A stretch of DNA of 64,000 nucleotides from Candidatus Latescibacterota bacterium (GCA_965116875.1 OZ220733.1:2880001-2944000), one strand, 5' to 3'. Positions 49,725 through 59,337 are shown, counted from the first letter of the stretch. Notes: generated by a model not told the origin, from the letters alone. Made by a program: numbers and translations.

Positions 49725-49865
49725 ATGGTGTTGTCTTTCCCCTTTATTTCCCCACAGTTAAGTTCGTTTTCAGCTCCTTGACCCCACGTTGGGTGCGTCT
49801 TCCTCCCCTGATTGTACGGTCTTCAAGCGGGGTTGCGTTTTCCTGCGATCCCGAGAAGGTATGTT

Positions 49866-51767
49866 ATGCCTGAAACAAAATCGACACTGCGCGGTTCGGG
49901 TCAGCTTTCGCTTTCCATAAACGGGAAGCCCGCGCCTGCCCGTCGATCCTCCGCCAGGAAGAACAACGGCGAATCCCCCGAACACGGGTACGACGAGTCC
50001 AAGGTCAAAACACTCAGTTCGCTGGAACACATTCGCCTGCGCACCGGCATGTACATCGGCCGGCTTGGCGACGGTTCCAATCCGGACGATGGGATCTACG
50101 TCCTGCTGAAGGAAGTCATCGACAATGCCGTAGACGAATTCATCATGGGCTACGGAAAAAAGATCGACGTCAGTATCGAGGACAACCGGGTCCGGGTCCG
50201 TGACTACGGCCGCGGCATTCCGCTGGGCAAGGTCATCGACTGCGTTTCCATCATCAATACCGGCGCGAAATACAACGACGACGTCTTCCAGTTCAGCGTG
50301 GGCCTCAACGGCGTGGGCACCAAGGCCGTCAACGCCCTCTCTTCCGACTTCAGGGCAGTCGCGTACCGGGAAGGAGAATACTTTGAAGCCCGCTTTGAAC
50401 GCGGCCGATTGAAGAAGAAGATGAAGGGCCTGAAGCCGGGCGAACCCGACGGGTCGTTTTTCGAGTTTCTGCCCGATGTTCAGATCTTCGGCGATGACTT
50501 CGCGTTCAACTTCGATTACGTCCGCCAGCGGCTGTGGAACTACGCCTGCCTGAACAGCGGACTTTCCCTCGTCTTCAACAGGGAACGATTCGTATCCAGG
50601 AACGGTTTGCTGGATTTCCTCACCCGCGAAGTCGGCGAGACGGCCCTCTATGAGCCCTTGTATCACAAGTCCCAATACCTCGAGTTCGCGTTCAGCCACA
50701 CGGCCAGCTTTGGGGAAACGCATTTCTCTTTCGTCAACGGCCAACACACCAGCGACGGCGGGGCCCACCAGAGCGCCTTTCGCGAGGGCATCCTCAAGGG
50801 CGTGAACGAATTCTACACGAAGAATTACAACGGCATCGACGTTCGGGAGAGCATCTCCGGCGCCGTCGCCGTCAAGCTCAAGGCGCCTGTATTCGAGTCG
50901 CAGACAAAGAACAAACTGGGGAATACGGATATTCGGGGGTGGATTGTCGCGGAGGTCAAGAGCGCCGTGGTCGACCTCCTGCACAAGAACCAGACCGCGG
51001 CCCAGAGGCTGTCCGATAAAATCGCCCAGAACGAAAAGTTGAGGAAGGAACTCAACGCCGTCAAGAAAGAGGCGAAGGAAGCCGCCCGGAAAATCGCAAT
51101 CAAGATTCCGCACTTCAAAGACTGCAAATTCCACCTGGGCCACAGGAAGCATGGCGACGACTCAACCATCTTCATCACCGAAGGTCCTTCGGCGGCGGGA
51201 TCCATGGTCTCCGCGCGCGACGTCCTCACCCAGGCGATCTTCGGCCTGAAGGGTGTTCCTCTGAACGTATTCGGCAAGAATAAGGCCGCCGTGTACAAGA
51301 ACGAGGAACTCTACAACCTCATGATGGCGCTCGGTATCGAAGACGGCATCGAAAACCTGCGGTTCAATAAAATCGTCATTGCCACCGACGCCGACCACGA
51401 CGGTTACCATATCCGGTACCTGCTCCTCACGTATTTCCTGAACTATTTCGAGGAACTGGTGCTGGCCGGCCATCTCCATATCCTGGAGACACCGCTCTTC
51501 CGCATCCGGAACAGCAAGGTCACGCGCTACTGCTACAACAACCGGGAGCGCGACAGCGCCCTGGAAGAGGTCAAAAACCCCGAGATTACACGGTTTAAGG
51601 GGCTCGGGGAAATCTCGCCGAAGGAATTCGGTCAGTTCATCGGCGACGATATGCGGCTGGTCAAAGTCAATATCCGTTCCATATCCGAAATCGCCAACAC
51701 GCTCAGCTTCTACATGGGCAAGAATACCCCCGAACGCAGGGACTACATCATCGAAAATCTGGTTTGA
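49866..51767 (+). CDS. parE: DNA topoisomerase IV subunit B
   Basis: HIRLRTGMYIG, EVIDNAVDE, VGLNGVGTKAVNALS, FESQTK.KL, ITEG.SA, IATDAD.DG, TRFKGLGEI, MGKNTP.R; Chlamydia/spirochete/Bacteroidota-like type. Confidence 0.88.
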   Translation: MPETKSTLRGSGQLSLSINGKPAPARRSSARKNNGESPEHGYDESKVKTLSSLEHIRLRTGMYIGRLGDGSNPDDGIYVLLKEVIDNAVDEFIMGYGKKIDVSIEDNRVRVRDYGRGIPLGKVIDCVSIINTGAKYNDDVFQFSVGLNGVGTKAVNALSSDFRAVAYREGEYFEARFERGRLKKKMKGLKPGEPDGSFFEFLPDVQIFGDDFAFNFDYVRQRLWNYACLNSGLSLVFNRERFVSRNGLLDFLTREVGETALYEPLYHKSQYLEFAFSHTASFGETHFSFVNGQHTSDGGAHQSAFREGILKGVNEFYTKNYNGIDVRESISGAVAVKLKAPVFESQTKNKLGNTDIRGWIVAEVKSAVVDLLHKNQTAAQRLSDKIAQNEKLRKELNAVKKEAKEAARKIAIKIPHFKDCKFHLGHRKHGDDSTIFITEGPSAAGSMVSARDVLTQAIFGLKGVPLNVFGKNKAAVYKNEELYNLMMALGIEDGIENLRFNKIVIATDADHDGYHIRYLLLTYFLNYFEELVLAGHLHILETPLFRIRNSKVTRYCYNNRERDSALEEVKNPEITRFKGLGEISPKEFGQFIGDDMRLVKVNIRSISEIANTLSFYMGKNTPERRDYIIENLV

Positions 51768-51945
51768 ATACAGGGTCGAATTAACGTCCCCTAAAGTTGA
51801 CGAACCGAGGTTAACCAGGATTCGTAATTCTCCGTGCACGTTAATTCAAATATGTGCTTGTAAATAAAGGCGATTAGACGGCGAATTATCAGGATACACC
51901 AGGTCACTGGAAGCGAACAGGAACTTTCTTCCGGGCCCCTCAGAA

Positions 51946-52065
51946 ACGGGTAGACGGGAGACGGTAGAGGGGAGAGATTTCCTGCCTAGTGGAGTTTCTT
52001 CTCCTGCCGGAGGCAAGAAGGAATAGAGTAGCGGGCAAGGGCTTCTTCTCCCGTCTTCCCTCTAC
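51946..52065 (-). repeat. Dispersed repeat family B, copy 2
   Basis: The reverse complement aligns with 59213-59337; AGACGG(G/T) heptamer arms at both ends. Confidence 0.75.
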
Positions 52066-52178
52066 ACTCTACCCGCATTCAGGCTTTTTCGAACCAAGGT
52101 TAATGCAGGGGTCAGGAGAAAACCGAGGTCCCATCTTTCCCTGACCCCTGAGTTCTTACGCGGTAAAGAGGAGAAGCC

Positions 52179-54068
52179 GTGGCATACGTCGATACGCTTT
52201 ACGACAAATACTATCTGGAGTTTGCGTCCTATTCCATCAAGAACCGGGCGATCCCCAGCATAGACGACGGCTTCAAGCCGGTTCAGCGGCGCATTCTGCA
52301 CGCCCTCCACGAGATGGACGACGGCAAGTACCACAAGGTCGCCAACGTCGTGGGCCAGACGATGCGGTATCATCCCCACGGGGATCTCTCCATTTTCGGC
52401 GCCCTCGTCAACCTGGCCAACAAGGAGCTGTTCATCGACAGGCAGGGCAATTTCGGCAACATCTTCACGGGCGACGAGGCCTCCGCGGCGCGCTATATCG
52501 AGTGCCGGCTCACGCCTCTGGCCAGAGAGGTCCTGTTCAACCCGGAGACGACACAATTCGAGGATTCGTACGACGGCCGCAACCGTGAGCCGCTCGCCTT
52601 TCCCGCGAAGATCCCGGTCTTGCTGGCGATAGGCTCGGAGGGCATTGCGGCGGGAATGACCACCCGCATTCTCCCGCATAACCTGATTGAGCTGCTCGAG
52701 GCGCAGATCGCCTGCCTGCAGGACCGACCCTTCCGACTCAATCCCGACTTTCCCACGGGCGGGATGGTGGATGTCTCCGGATATGACGACGGAAACGGAA
52801 AGGTTCTCGTCCGGGCAAAGCTGGATACGAAAGACCCGAAGCGCATCATCGTGCGGGAACTGCCTTTTGGCACGTCAACCGAGACCCTCATCGCCTCCAT
52901 CGAAGACGCTTCCAAAAAAGGGAAGCTCAAAATCTCGGGTATCAGCGACTATACGACCGATCAGGTGGAAATCGAAATCCAGCTCGCGCGCGGCGTGCAC
53001 ACCAAAGATACCGTAGACGCACTCTATGCATTTACGGACTGCGAGACGTCAATTGCGGCGAATCTGCTGGTCATTCGCGAGAACCGCCCGCAGATCACAA
53101 CCGTGACCGACGTGATTCGATACAATACGGACCGCCTGGTCGAGCTGCTCAGGACCGAACTCAAGCTGGAAGAGCGCCGGTTGACCGTCCGGCATCACGC
53201 GAAAACGCTCGAACAGATCTTCATTGAAAACCGGATTTACAAGCACATCGAGGAGGAGACCACCTCCGAGGACGTCTACCGCGCGGTGTTCGACGGGTTC
53301 GAACACTTCAAGGAAAACATCAGGGCGGAAGTCTCGCGTGAGGACGTGGATAACCTGCTCAAGATCCCCATCAGGCGCATCTCGCTCTACGATATCAACA
53401 AGGCCCAGGAGGAAATGCAGGAAATCCGCAAGCGCCTCAGGGAGGTCCGCGCCAACCTTCGCGGCATCCAGGCCTACGCTATCGGGTTCGTCGAAGGGAT
53501 CATAGAGAAATACCGGGCAGATCACCCCCGGAAGACAGAGATCGCGAGCATCCAGAGAGTCGACGTCCGGGAGGCGGCTCAGCGAAATCTCAAGCTGCGC
53601 TACGACAGGAATACCGGTTACCTGGGCCACGAGGTCAACGGCGTCGCCCTTTTCGACGTGTCGCCTTACGACCGTGTTCTGGTCATTCGCAAGTCCGGAA
53701 CCTACTCCGTGGTGGACGTCCCCGAAAAGCTCTTCGTGGACAAAGGTATGCTCTTCTGCAATTTCATTGACGAAGACCGCGTCTACAATATCTTCTACAA
53801 AGAGAACAAGACCGGATATCTCTACATCAAACGGTGCAAAATCGACAAATTCATTCTGAACCGGGGATACGAACTGGCGCCGGAAGGCTGCCGCATCCTG
53901 AAACTCACCACCAACTCCAAACGTACGATCCAGGCCAAATTCAAGCCCAAACCGCGCGTGCGAATCACCGAAGAGGAATTCAACATCGGCGACTATCCCG
54001 TTCGCGGCAACAGGGCGAGGGGCATCCGCCTGGCCAACCGCGAAGTCAAGAGCGTGAAGTTCATCTGA
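52179..54068 (+). CDS. parC: DNA topoisomerase IV subunit A
   Basis: RAIP...DGFKPVQRRIL, YHPHGD, QGNFG, active-site AARY, PDFPTG; short C-terminal domain with no GyrA box. Confidence 0.88.
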   Translation: MAYVDTLYDKYYLEFASYSIKNRAIPSIDDGFKPVQRRILHALHEMDDGKYHKVANVVGQTMRYHPHGDLSIFGALVNLANKELFIDRQGNFGNIFTGDEASAARYIECRLTPLAREVLFNPETTQFEDSYDGRNREPLAFPAKIPVLLAIGSEGIAAGMTTRILPHNLIELLEAQIACLQDRPFRLNPDFPTGGMVDVSGYDDGNGKVLVRAKLDTKDPKRIIVRELPFGTSTETLIASIEDASKKGKLKISGISDYTTDQVEIEIQLARGVHTKDTVDALYAFTDCETSIAANLLVIRENRPQITTVTDVIRYNTDRLVELLRTELKLEERRLTVRHHAKTLEQIFIENRIYKHIEEETTSEDVYRAVFDGFEHFKENIRAEVSREDVDNLLKIPIRRISLYDINKAQEEMQEIRKRLREVRANLRGIQAYAIGFVEGIIEKYRADHPRKTEIASIQRVDVREAAQRNLKLRYDRNTGYLGHEVNGVALFDVSPYDRVLVIRKSGTYSVVDVPEKLFVDKGMLFCNFIDEDRVYNIFYKENKTGYLYIKRCKIDKFILNRGYELAPEGCRILKLTTNSKRTIQAKFKPKPRVRITEEEFNIGDYPVRGNRARGIRLANREVKSVKFI

Positions 54069-54146
54069 CCGCGGGTGTCAGACGGGATCGGTCGATACGG
54101 TCGGAGGTGTCCTTCACCTCCCCGCCTCACGCAGAAAGAGAACCTG

Positions 54147-54911
54147 ATGTCCCCAAAACCCCTTGCCGGCCTTCTGGACCTGTCCGGACAGGTCGCCATT
54201 GTTACCGGCGCGAGCCGCGGCATCGGCAGGAGCATCGCCGAAATCTTCCATCAGGCGGGCGCCAGTCTCACGCTGGTCGCGCGCAACGCGGGTCCATTGG
54301 AAGCGGTAGCCGATGCGCTGTCTGACGGAGGAGACGTACTCGCCGCGGCGGCCGACGTTGCGGACGAGGCACAGGTCAACGCGTTCGTACAAAGAACCGT
54401 GGACGCGTTCGGCCGTGTCGACATCCTGGTCAACAATGCCGGGGTGTCCAGCCCGGGACCCTATACGGGCGTGGACCACGCCGAATGGCAGCGTGTGATC
54501 GGCGCCAATCTCACCGGCGCGTATCTCTGCTGCCGGGCGGCGGCCCCGTACATGGAAAAACAGAAAAACGGCCGTATCATCAATATTTCCTCCATTAGCG
54601 GCCAGACGGGAGGTGTCGCAGGCGGCGTCCACTACGGCAGTTCGAAGGCCGGAATGATCGGGATGACCAAGACGCTCTCTCGCGACCTGGCTGCGAGCAA
54701 TGTCACGGTCAATGCCATTACCCCGGGCGTCATCGAGACCAGCATGCAAATCCCGCCAGAGACCCGCAGCCGGATCAACGAACTCATTCCTCTGGGTTAC
54801 GTCGGCCAACCCGAGGAAATCGCGTACGCCGCACTCTTCCTGGCCTCGCGGATGGGGGCATATATCACCGGCGCCACGATCGACGTGAACGGCGGGATAC
54901 TTAAGCGGTGA
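54147..54911 (+). CDS. Short-chain dehydrogenase/reductase (FabG-like)
   Basis: TGASRGIG, NNAG, YGSSK, VNAITPG, YITG..I.VNGG. Confidence 0.92.
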   Translation: MSPKPLAGLLDLSGQVAIVTGASRGIGRSIAEIFHQAGASLTLVARNAGPLEAVADALSDGGDVLAAAADVADEAQVNAFVQRTVDAFGRVDILVNNAGVSSPGPYTGVDHAEWQRVIGANLTGAYLCCRAAAPYMEKQKNGRIINISSISGQTGGVAGGVHYGSSKAGMIGMTKTLSRDLAASNVTVNAITPGVIETSMQIPPETRSRINELIPLGYVGQPEEIAYAALFLASRMGAYITGATIDVNGGILKR

Positions 54912-54917
54912 AAAAAA

Positions 54918-55131
54918 CAGCTATCAGCGGTCAGCCGTCTGCAATCAGCGAAAGGCGGACCTCTCCCCCCGGCCCCCTCTCCTGAAGGAAAGGGGGAGAA
55001 AGGCTGGCGTCGCGTACCGGTGTTCTAAAACATTCTGATCGATGGGACAACTTTGTCACGGCACGACCGCAAACATCGAACCGTCACCATTTCCCCTTTC
55101 TTCAGAAAGGGGGCAAGGGGGTAGGTCTCGA
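54918..55131 (-). repeat. Dispersed repeat family A, copy 2
   Basis: Reverse complement of 39984-40237, apart from a ~35-bp segment present only in copy 1. Confidence 0.85.
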
Positions 55132-55157
55132 TAGGTGAGAAAGCAAAGGAGATCGAT

Positions 55158-56348
55158 ATGACAGCACGTTTAGATGAATGGAAACCTGGTCCCGAGACGA
55201 TTGAATCTCTGTCCTCGCTGATCCGGTCAAAACCCGAGGAAGTCCGGTGGACGGAAATCGGATGGGATACCGACCTCTGGGCGGCCCGCCGCCGCGCGGC
55301 CGCGGTGCGGAGACCGTTGTTCATCTGGGCGATGAACGGCAACCCGCTCGGCTGTGTCTGAAACAACGGCATCGCGGGCCGTGAGTCCGTTTTCTCCCAT
55401 CCCGACATTATCCGGATCCTCAACGAATCCTACGTTTCGGTTGCGGACAACTGCAGCTATACCCAGACGCAGAAGGACGCCAAGGGCGAGTTCTTCCGCC
55501 TCGTGGCCGAACAGGGCCATTATGGTGGAGTCACCGAACCCACGGCCACCCGGCAGGGCCTGTACGCGTGCACGTCCGACGGCGAGTTGCTGGGGTCCAT
55601 CAACACGCGGGACGCCGCCCCGCTTCTGGAAGTGCTCGAGCAGAGCCTGGAAAGGTGGCGGAAACGCCCGGATGGCGGCGATTCGCCCGACATTTCCGAA
55701 ACCTATCCCGTCGATCCCAGGCTCGGATGGTCCTATCCGGAAAACGGCCTTGTGCTGAGAGTCACGGTTCGCGACCTTCCGCGGAACTCCGGCGACGTCG
55801 ACCCCCGGCACAACATCGACTTCGCGTGGTTTACCCGGGAGGAGACCCGGTCTCTCGCGCCCGGGAATGTCGTGCCCGGCCAGACCTGGCGCGCGCCGGA
55901 TTTCTTTACCAGACGTCTCGCCCTGCGCCACTTCATCGACACGGCACGCGGTCAATCGCCTGGATGGAAGGAAGAAAATCTGAAGGACGCGGAGATCCGC
56001 CTGACCGTCGAATCCGTCGAAACCGACTGCGTCCGGCTTCGCATGGAAGGACGCATCCACCTGGTGGGGGAACCCAGTTTCGAATCCAATCCCCACAGCG
56101 GCCTGACGGTTGACAAGCCGCGGGGTCTCGATTTGACCCTATATGGGCGCCTCGCGTACGATCCCCTGCGGCGGAGCTTTAATGCCTTCGATGCCGTTGC
56201 GACGGGCGACCGATGGGGCTGCACTACCTACAACGTTCGCTTCGACGACCCCGGCCCCGCGCCCATCGGTTTCGCCTTCGAACTCGCGTCGGACAATCCC
56301 ATCGAACGCACCCCTCCCGCATCCATCAGGCAAAATTACTTCGATTGA
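55158..56348 (+). CDS. Putative selenoprotein, thioredoxin-like fold, CxU motif (TGA at 55359-55361 read as Sec), 396 aa
   Basis: ORFs 55158-55361 and 55503-56348 are in the same frame. The 47 codons between them are open, giving ...RPLFIWAMNGNPLGCV-U-NNGIAGRESVFSHPDIIRILNESYVSV, a continuous Trx-like pattern. AAGGAG RBS at the 5' end. Confidence 0.8.
55365..55391 (+). promoter_or_regulatory. Candidate bacterial SECIS element
   Basis: Hairpin AACGG-CA-TCGCG-(GGC)-CGTGA-GT-CCGTT directly 3' of the TGA, with a G-initiated apical loop ~15 nt after the UGA. Confidence 0.55.
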
Positions 56349-56413
56349 CATTGCCATTGGGATGCTTCAGAAATATCGGATTGATGCAGCAGCCATTATC
56401 GCATACAAACGCG

Positions 56414-56446
56414 AAAAGCGCCCCGGTGAAGAGCCGAGGCGCTTTT
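56414..56446. terminator. Bidirectional intrinsic terminator
   Basis: AAAAGCGCC...GGCGCTTTT hairpin downstream of the putative selenoprotein gene. Confidence 0.6.
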
Positions 56447-56677
56447 GGTGTCAATTATACATGCCGCACATACGCCCAAACTGTCATCCTGAGGAAGCCC
56501 CCCAGGCTGACGAAGGATCTCCTGCGGCATGGTCGGATGTCCTGGCTACTTTGAATCGACAACACATCAGAAGCAGCACAAACGCGCAAGATTCGCGGGA
56601 GGCCGGCGAACATCGGGCGATCTGTGTCCAATCGGCGCCGGTGCGGGGTGAATAATGGCGCGAAACTTCCAAGCCTG

Positions 56678-56699
56678 GGGCGGACATTCCTGTCTGCCC
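56678..56699. repeat. REP-like palindrome
   Basis: GGGCGGACA-TTCC-TGTCTGCCC preceded by TG. Confidence 0.45.
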
Positions 56700-56834
56700 T
56701 TCTAATCGTCTTCTCGCCGGACTGTATGCAGTCGTAGACCTCGCGCCAACTGATTTCCTCATACCCGCGCGGCGGGGCGACCCGGAGCCTGAGCGGGCTC
56801 CTCGAAACGTCGTATTCGACAGGACTTTGGTGCC

Positions 56835-57002
56835 TCAGGCGGTTCCGTCACCAACCGACCGGTGTTCCTGTTCCAATCTATCGCCATAGCGCTCGCTCGC
56901 CTCGTCCAGCTTTCCGCGCACTTCGGGCGGCAATTCCAGCGCCTCACCGGCGATTGTCTCATCCACGTGGGCTGTGTTCTCGGGGCCGGCCAGTACCGAC
57001 GT
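56835..57002 (-). pseudogene. C-terminal remnant of an aldo/keto reductase
   Basis: TSVLAGPENTAHVDETIAGEALELPPEVRGKLD matches the AKR C-terminal pattern. Upstream it runs straight into the RBS of the opposite-strand Ldh gene. Confidence 0.55.
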
Positions 57003-57021
57003 CCAATCAAGGAGATTGTCC

Positions 57022-58002
57022 ATGAACGTCCCACCGACAGACGGGTTTCGCGTCCCCGTCGAAGACCTGCGTCGCCTCGTATGCGCAATCTACGAAGCCG
57101 TGCCTCTGCCCGCGGAGCACGCTCGGCTGATCGCCGATCTGCTGGTCGACACCGAACTGCGCGGCGTGGTCAGCCATGGCGTGATGCAGGTGGAGCGCTA
57201 CGTCCGCTCGTTCCAGGAAGGACGCGCCAATCCCGATCCCACCATCCGGGTGCTCCACGAAGGCCCCACGACGGCCGCGCTCAGCGGTGACGGCGGCCTG
57301 GGGATGATCGTCGCCACACGCGCGATGCAGATGGCCATTGCCAAAGCCAGGGAACTGGGCGTCGGCGTGGTCACGACGGTCTATCACGACCATCTGGGCA
57401 GTTCGGGGAAGTACGTGCGGATGGCCCTGAGGGAGGACCTCGTCGGCATCAGCCTCTCCGGCCGGAACGCCGCGCCATCCTACAATCGTGCCGACAGCAT
57501 CCGCGGCTCGATACAGGGCAGCCCACCGCTGTCGTTCGGGATGCCCGCGGGCCCCGGTCGGCCCAACTTCCTGCTCGACTATGCCAGCCATTTCGAGGCG
57601 GACGACGAGGACGTCCACAGGAATCCGGCGGTATTCGTGAAGGCCATCGGCATGTCCCACGTGGCCAACATTCTCTCGGGGACCCTGGGGGGACAAATGC
57701 TGCCCGAATTCGACCGGCGAGCCACGAGGTTCCAGGGCGCGGACCAGTCCGGTTTTCACATGGCGCTGGACGTGAGCCGCTTCACCTCACCCGACGCGTT
57801 CAAGGCGGACGTGGACTACCTGATGGACGAGACCGCGAAGATGCAGCCGCTGCCCGGACTTACGGAAGCGGGTCTGCCGGGGCAGAGGGCCTGGTCCAAG
57901 GAGGCGGGCTATCGGAAGAACGGCATTCCCGTCAGCGCGAATGCGATAGCGGCGCTTGAGGGCCTCGCCCGTGAGTTTTCCCTTCCGGTCCCGTGGGCGT
58001 AG
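57022..58002 (+). CDS. Ldh_2 (malate/L-lactate dehydrogenase, AllD/ComC-like) oxidoreductase
   Basis: A..IAD.LV..ELRGV.SHG, AM..AI.KA...G.G.V, H.G..G.Y, LPG. AAGGAG RBS. Confidence 0.88.
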   Translation: MNVPPTDGFRVPVEDLRRLVCAIYEAVPLPAEHARLIADLLVDTELRGVVSHGVMQVERYVRSFQEGRANPDPTIRVLHEGPTTAALSGDGGLGMIVATRAMQMAIAKARELGVGVVTTVYHDHLGSSGKYVRMALREDLVGISLSGRNAAPSYNRADSIRGSIQGSPPLSFGMPAGPGRPNFLLDYASHFEADDEDVHRNPAVFVKAIGMSHVANILSGTLGGQMLPEFDRRATRFQGADQSGFHMALDVSRFTSPDAFKADVDYLMDETAKMQPLPGLTEAGLPGQRAWSKEAGYRKNGIPVSANAIAALEGLAREFSLPVPWA

Positions 58003-58039
58003 GGTTTGGCCGCGCGATCCGGAACCCAGATTCTTTTCT

Positions 58040-59161
58040 CTAGCGGAACCAGTCATAGTTCAGCCCGAGAGACCGGTCCTCCAGCGGCAGTTCCACGCGC
58101 TCTCCGCCGCGGGCGGATGAGAGTTTCAGCGCAATCTCGACTTCCAGGGCCACAGCAATCCGCCGGCCCGAGTTCTTCGGTTCGTCCAGGCGGCCTTCCA
58201 TGCAATCGATCACGTCGTTCAGCGAGTAGACCGCGCCGTACGGGTGCACGAACTGCGGCTCCGGCCACGGCATCTCCACGCGAATGTTGCCGGTCGTCTC
58301 CAGTTGCTGTCTCAGGTGCCATTTGCGGCCCGCTCCGAACTCGATCTCACCCGTACTCCCCGCCAGCCGGACCCCGGGCGCTCCCGCCCGAAAATGCACG
58401 ACCGTCCGGTCCGCCGTGACCATGATTCCCTGGCCCCTGAATTCGTCGCTTCCACCGGGGCCGTCGAATTCGTCGGTGCCGGCTCCTCGACGGGGGAGGT
58501 CTCCAATGCCCGAGACCCACGCGGGGGCGCTGTCCAGGAAATACGACCAGTTCTGATGCTGCGCGAACGGCGAGTTGGCCTCAATGGACAGGATCTCCCC
58601 GATGGCCCCGCTTTGCACCAGTTCTCTGGCTTTTCCAAAAGAGGGGTGGGTCGTCGAGATCGCACCGCAATTGAGGGGGACGCCCGCATCAGCGCAGGTT
58701 GAAACCATGCGATCCGCCTCCTCGAGCGTGTGGCACATCGGCTTGTCGGTAACAATGCCGCGCGCCCCGTGTTGCACCGCGAGACAGGTCAGGTCGACGC
58801 GTCCCTTGGTATTCGTGGCGATGGCCACGATGTCAGGACGCTCGGCGCGAAACATCGCTTCGGCATCCTCGTAAGTCGCCTCGATCCCGTAGCGTTCGCT
58901 GAACGCCGCGAGTCGTTTGGGGTCCCGGTCGGCCGCCGCCGCCAGTTCCACCTCGGGACGGTTGTGCAGCGCTTCCGCGTACGTGGAGGGGTTCCCCTCC
59001 GTGCCCGGGTGGTCGTGGTGATAAAACCGGCGATGGATATCCAGTTCGGGCGTCGGGCGGTCCACGTCGTCCACGTCGAACAGGTCGGGGATGCGCTCTG
59101 CAAGATCGTACAGCATGCCCATCCATCCCAGGCCGATCACTGCTGCTCGGTATTTCGCCAT
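58040..59161 (-). CDS. Gfo/Idh/MocA family oxidoreductase
   Basis: AAVIGLGWMG, PDIVAIAT, (D)KPM...LEEA..MV. Confidence 0.88.
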   Translation of the reverse strand: MAKYRAAVIGLGWMGMLYDLAERIPDLFDVDDVDRPTPELDIHRRFYHHDHPGTEGNPSTYAEALHNRPEVELAAAADRDPKRLAAFSERYGIEATYEDAEAMFRAERPDIVAIATNTKGRVDLTCLAVQHGARGIVTDKPMCHTLEEADRMVSTCADAGVPLNCGAISTTHPSFGKARELVQSGAIGEILSIEANSPFAQHQNWSYFLDSAPAWVSGIGDLPRRGAGTDEFDGPGGSDEFRGQGIMVTADRTVVHFRAGAPGVRLAGSTGEIEFGAGRKWHLRQQLETTGNIRVEMPWPEPQFVHPYGAVYSLNDVIDCMEGRLDEPKNSGRRIAVALEVEIALKLSSARGGERVELPLEDRSLGLNYDWFR

Positions 59162-59212
59162 AAGATTCTCCAATCGTAATGATTTGAAAAGTAGCGGTCA
59201 GCCAGAGTCGGT

Positions 59213-59337
59213 TAGAGGTAAGAAGGTAGACGGGAGAAGAAATCCTCGCCCGGAATGTTTTCCCTCCTTGCCTGCGGCACGAACGGAATCCTCACAAGGC
59301 AGGCAATCTCTCCCCTCTACCGTCTTCCGTCTCCCCG
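59213..59337 (+). repeat. Dispersed repeat family B, copy 3
   Basis: Aligns with 46558-46650 and with the reverse complement of 51946-52065. Confidence 0.75.

Noticed and set aside
49866-54068. DNA gyrase gyrB/gyrA
   Set aside because: The A subunit is only 629 aa with no GyrA box, and the B subunit motifs (GLNGVG, MGKNTP) fit the topo IV clade.
55158-55361. Stand-alone 67-aa gene followed by a separate 281-aa gene
   Set aside because: Same frame, an open and protein-like spacer, no RBS before GTG 55503, and the TGA lies in a Cys-x motif followed by a hairpin; read-through is more parsimonious.
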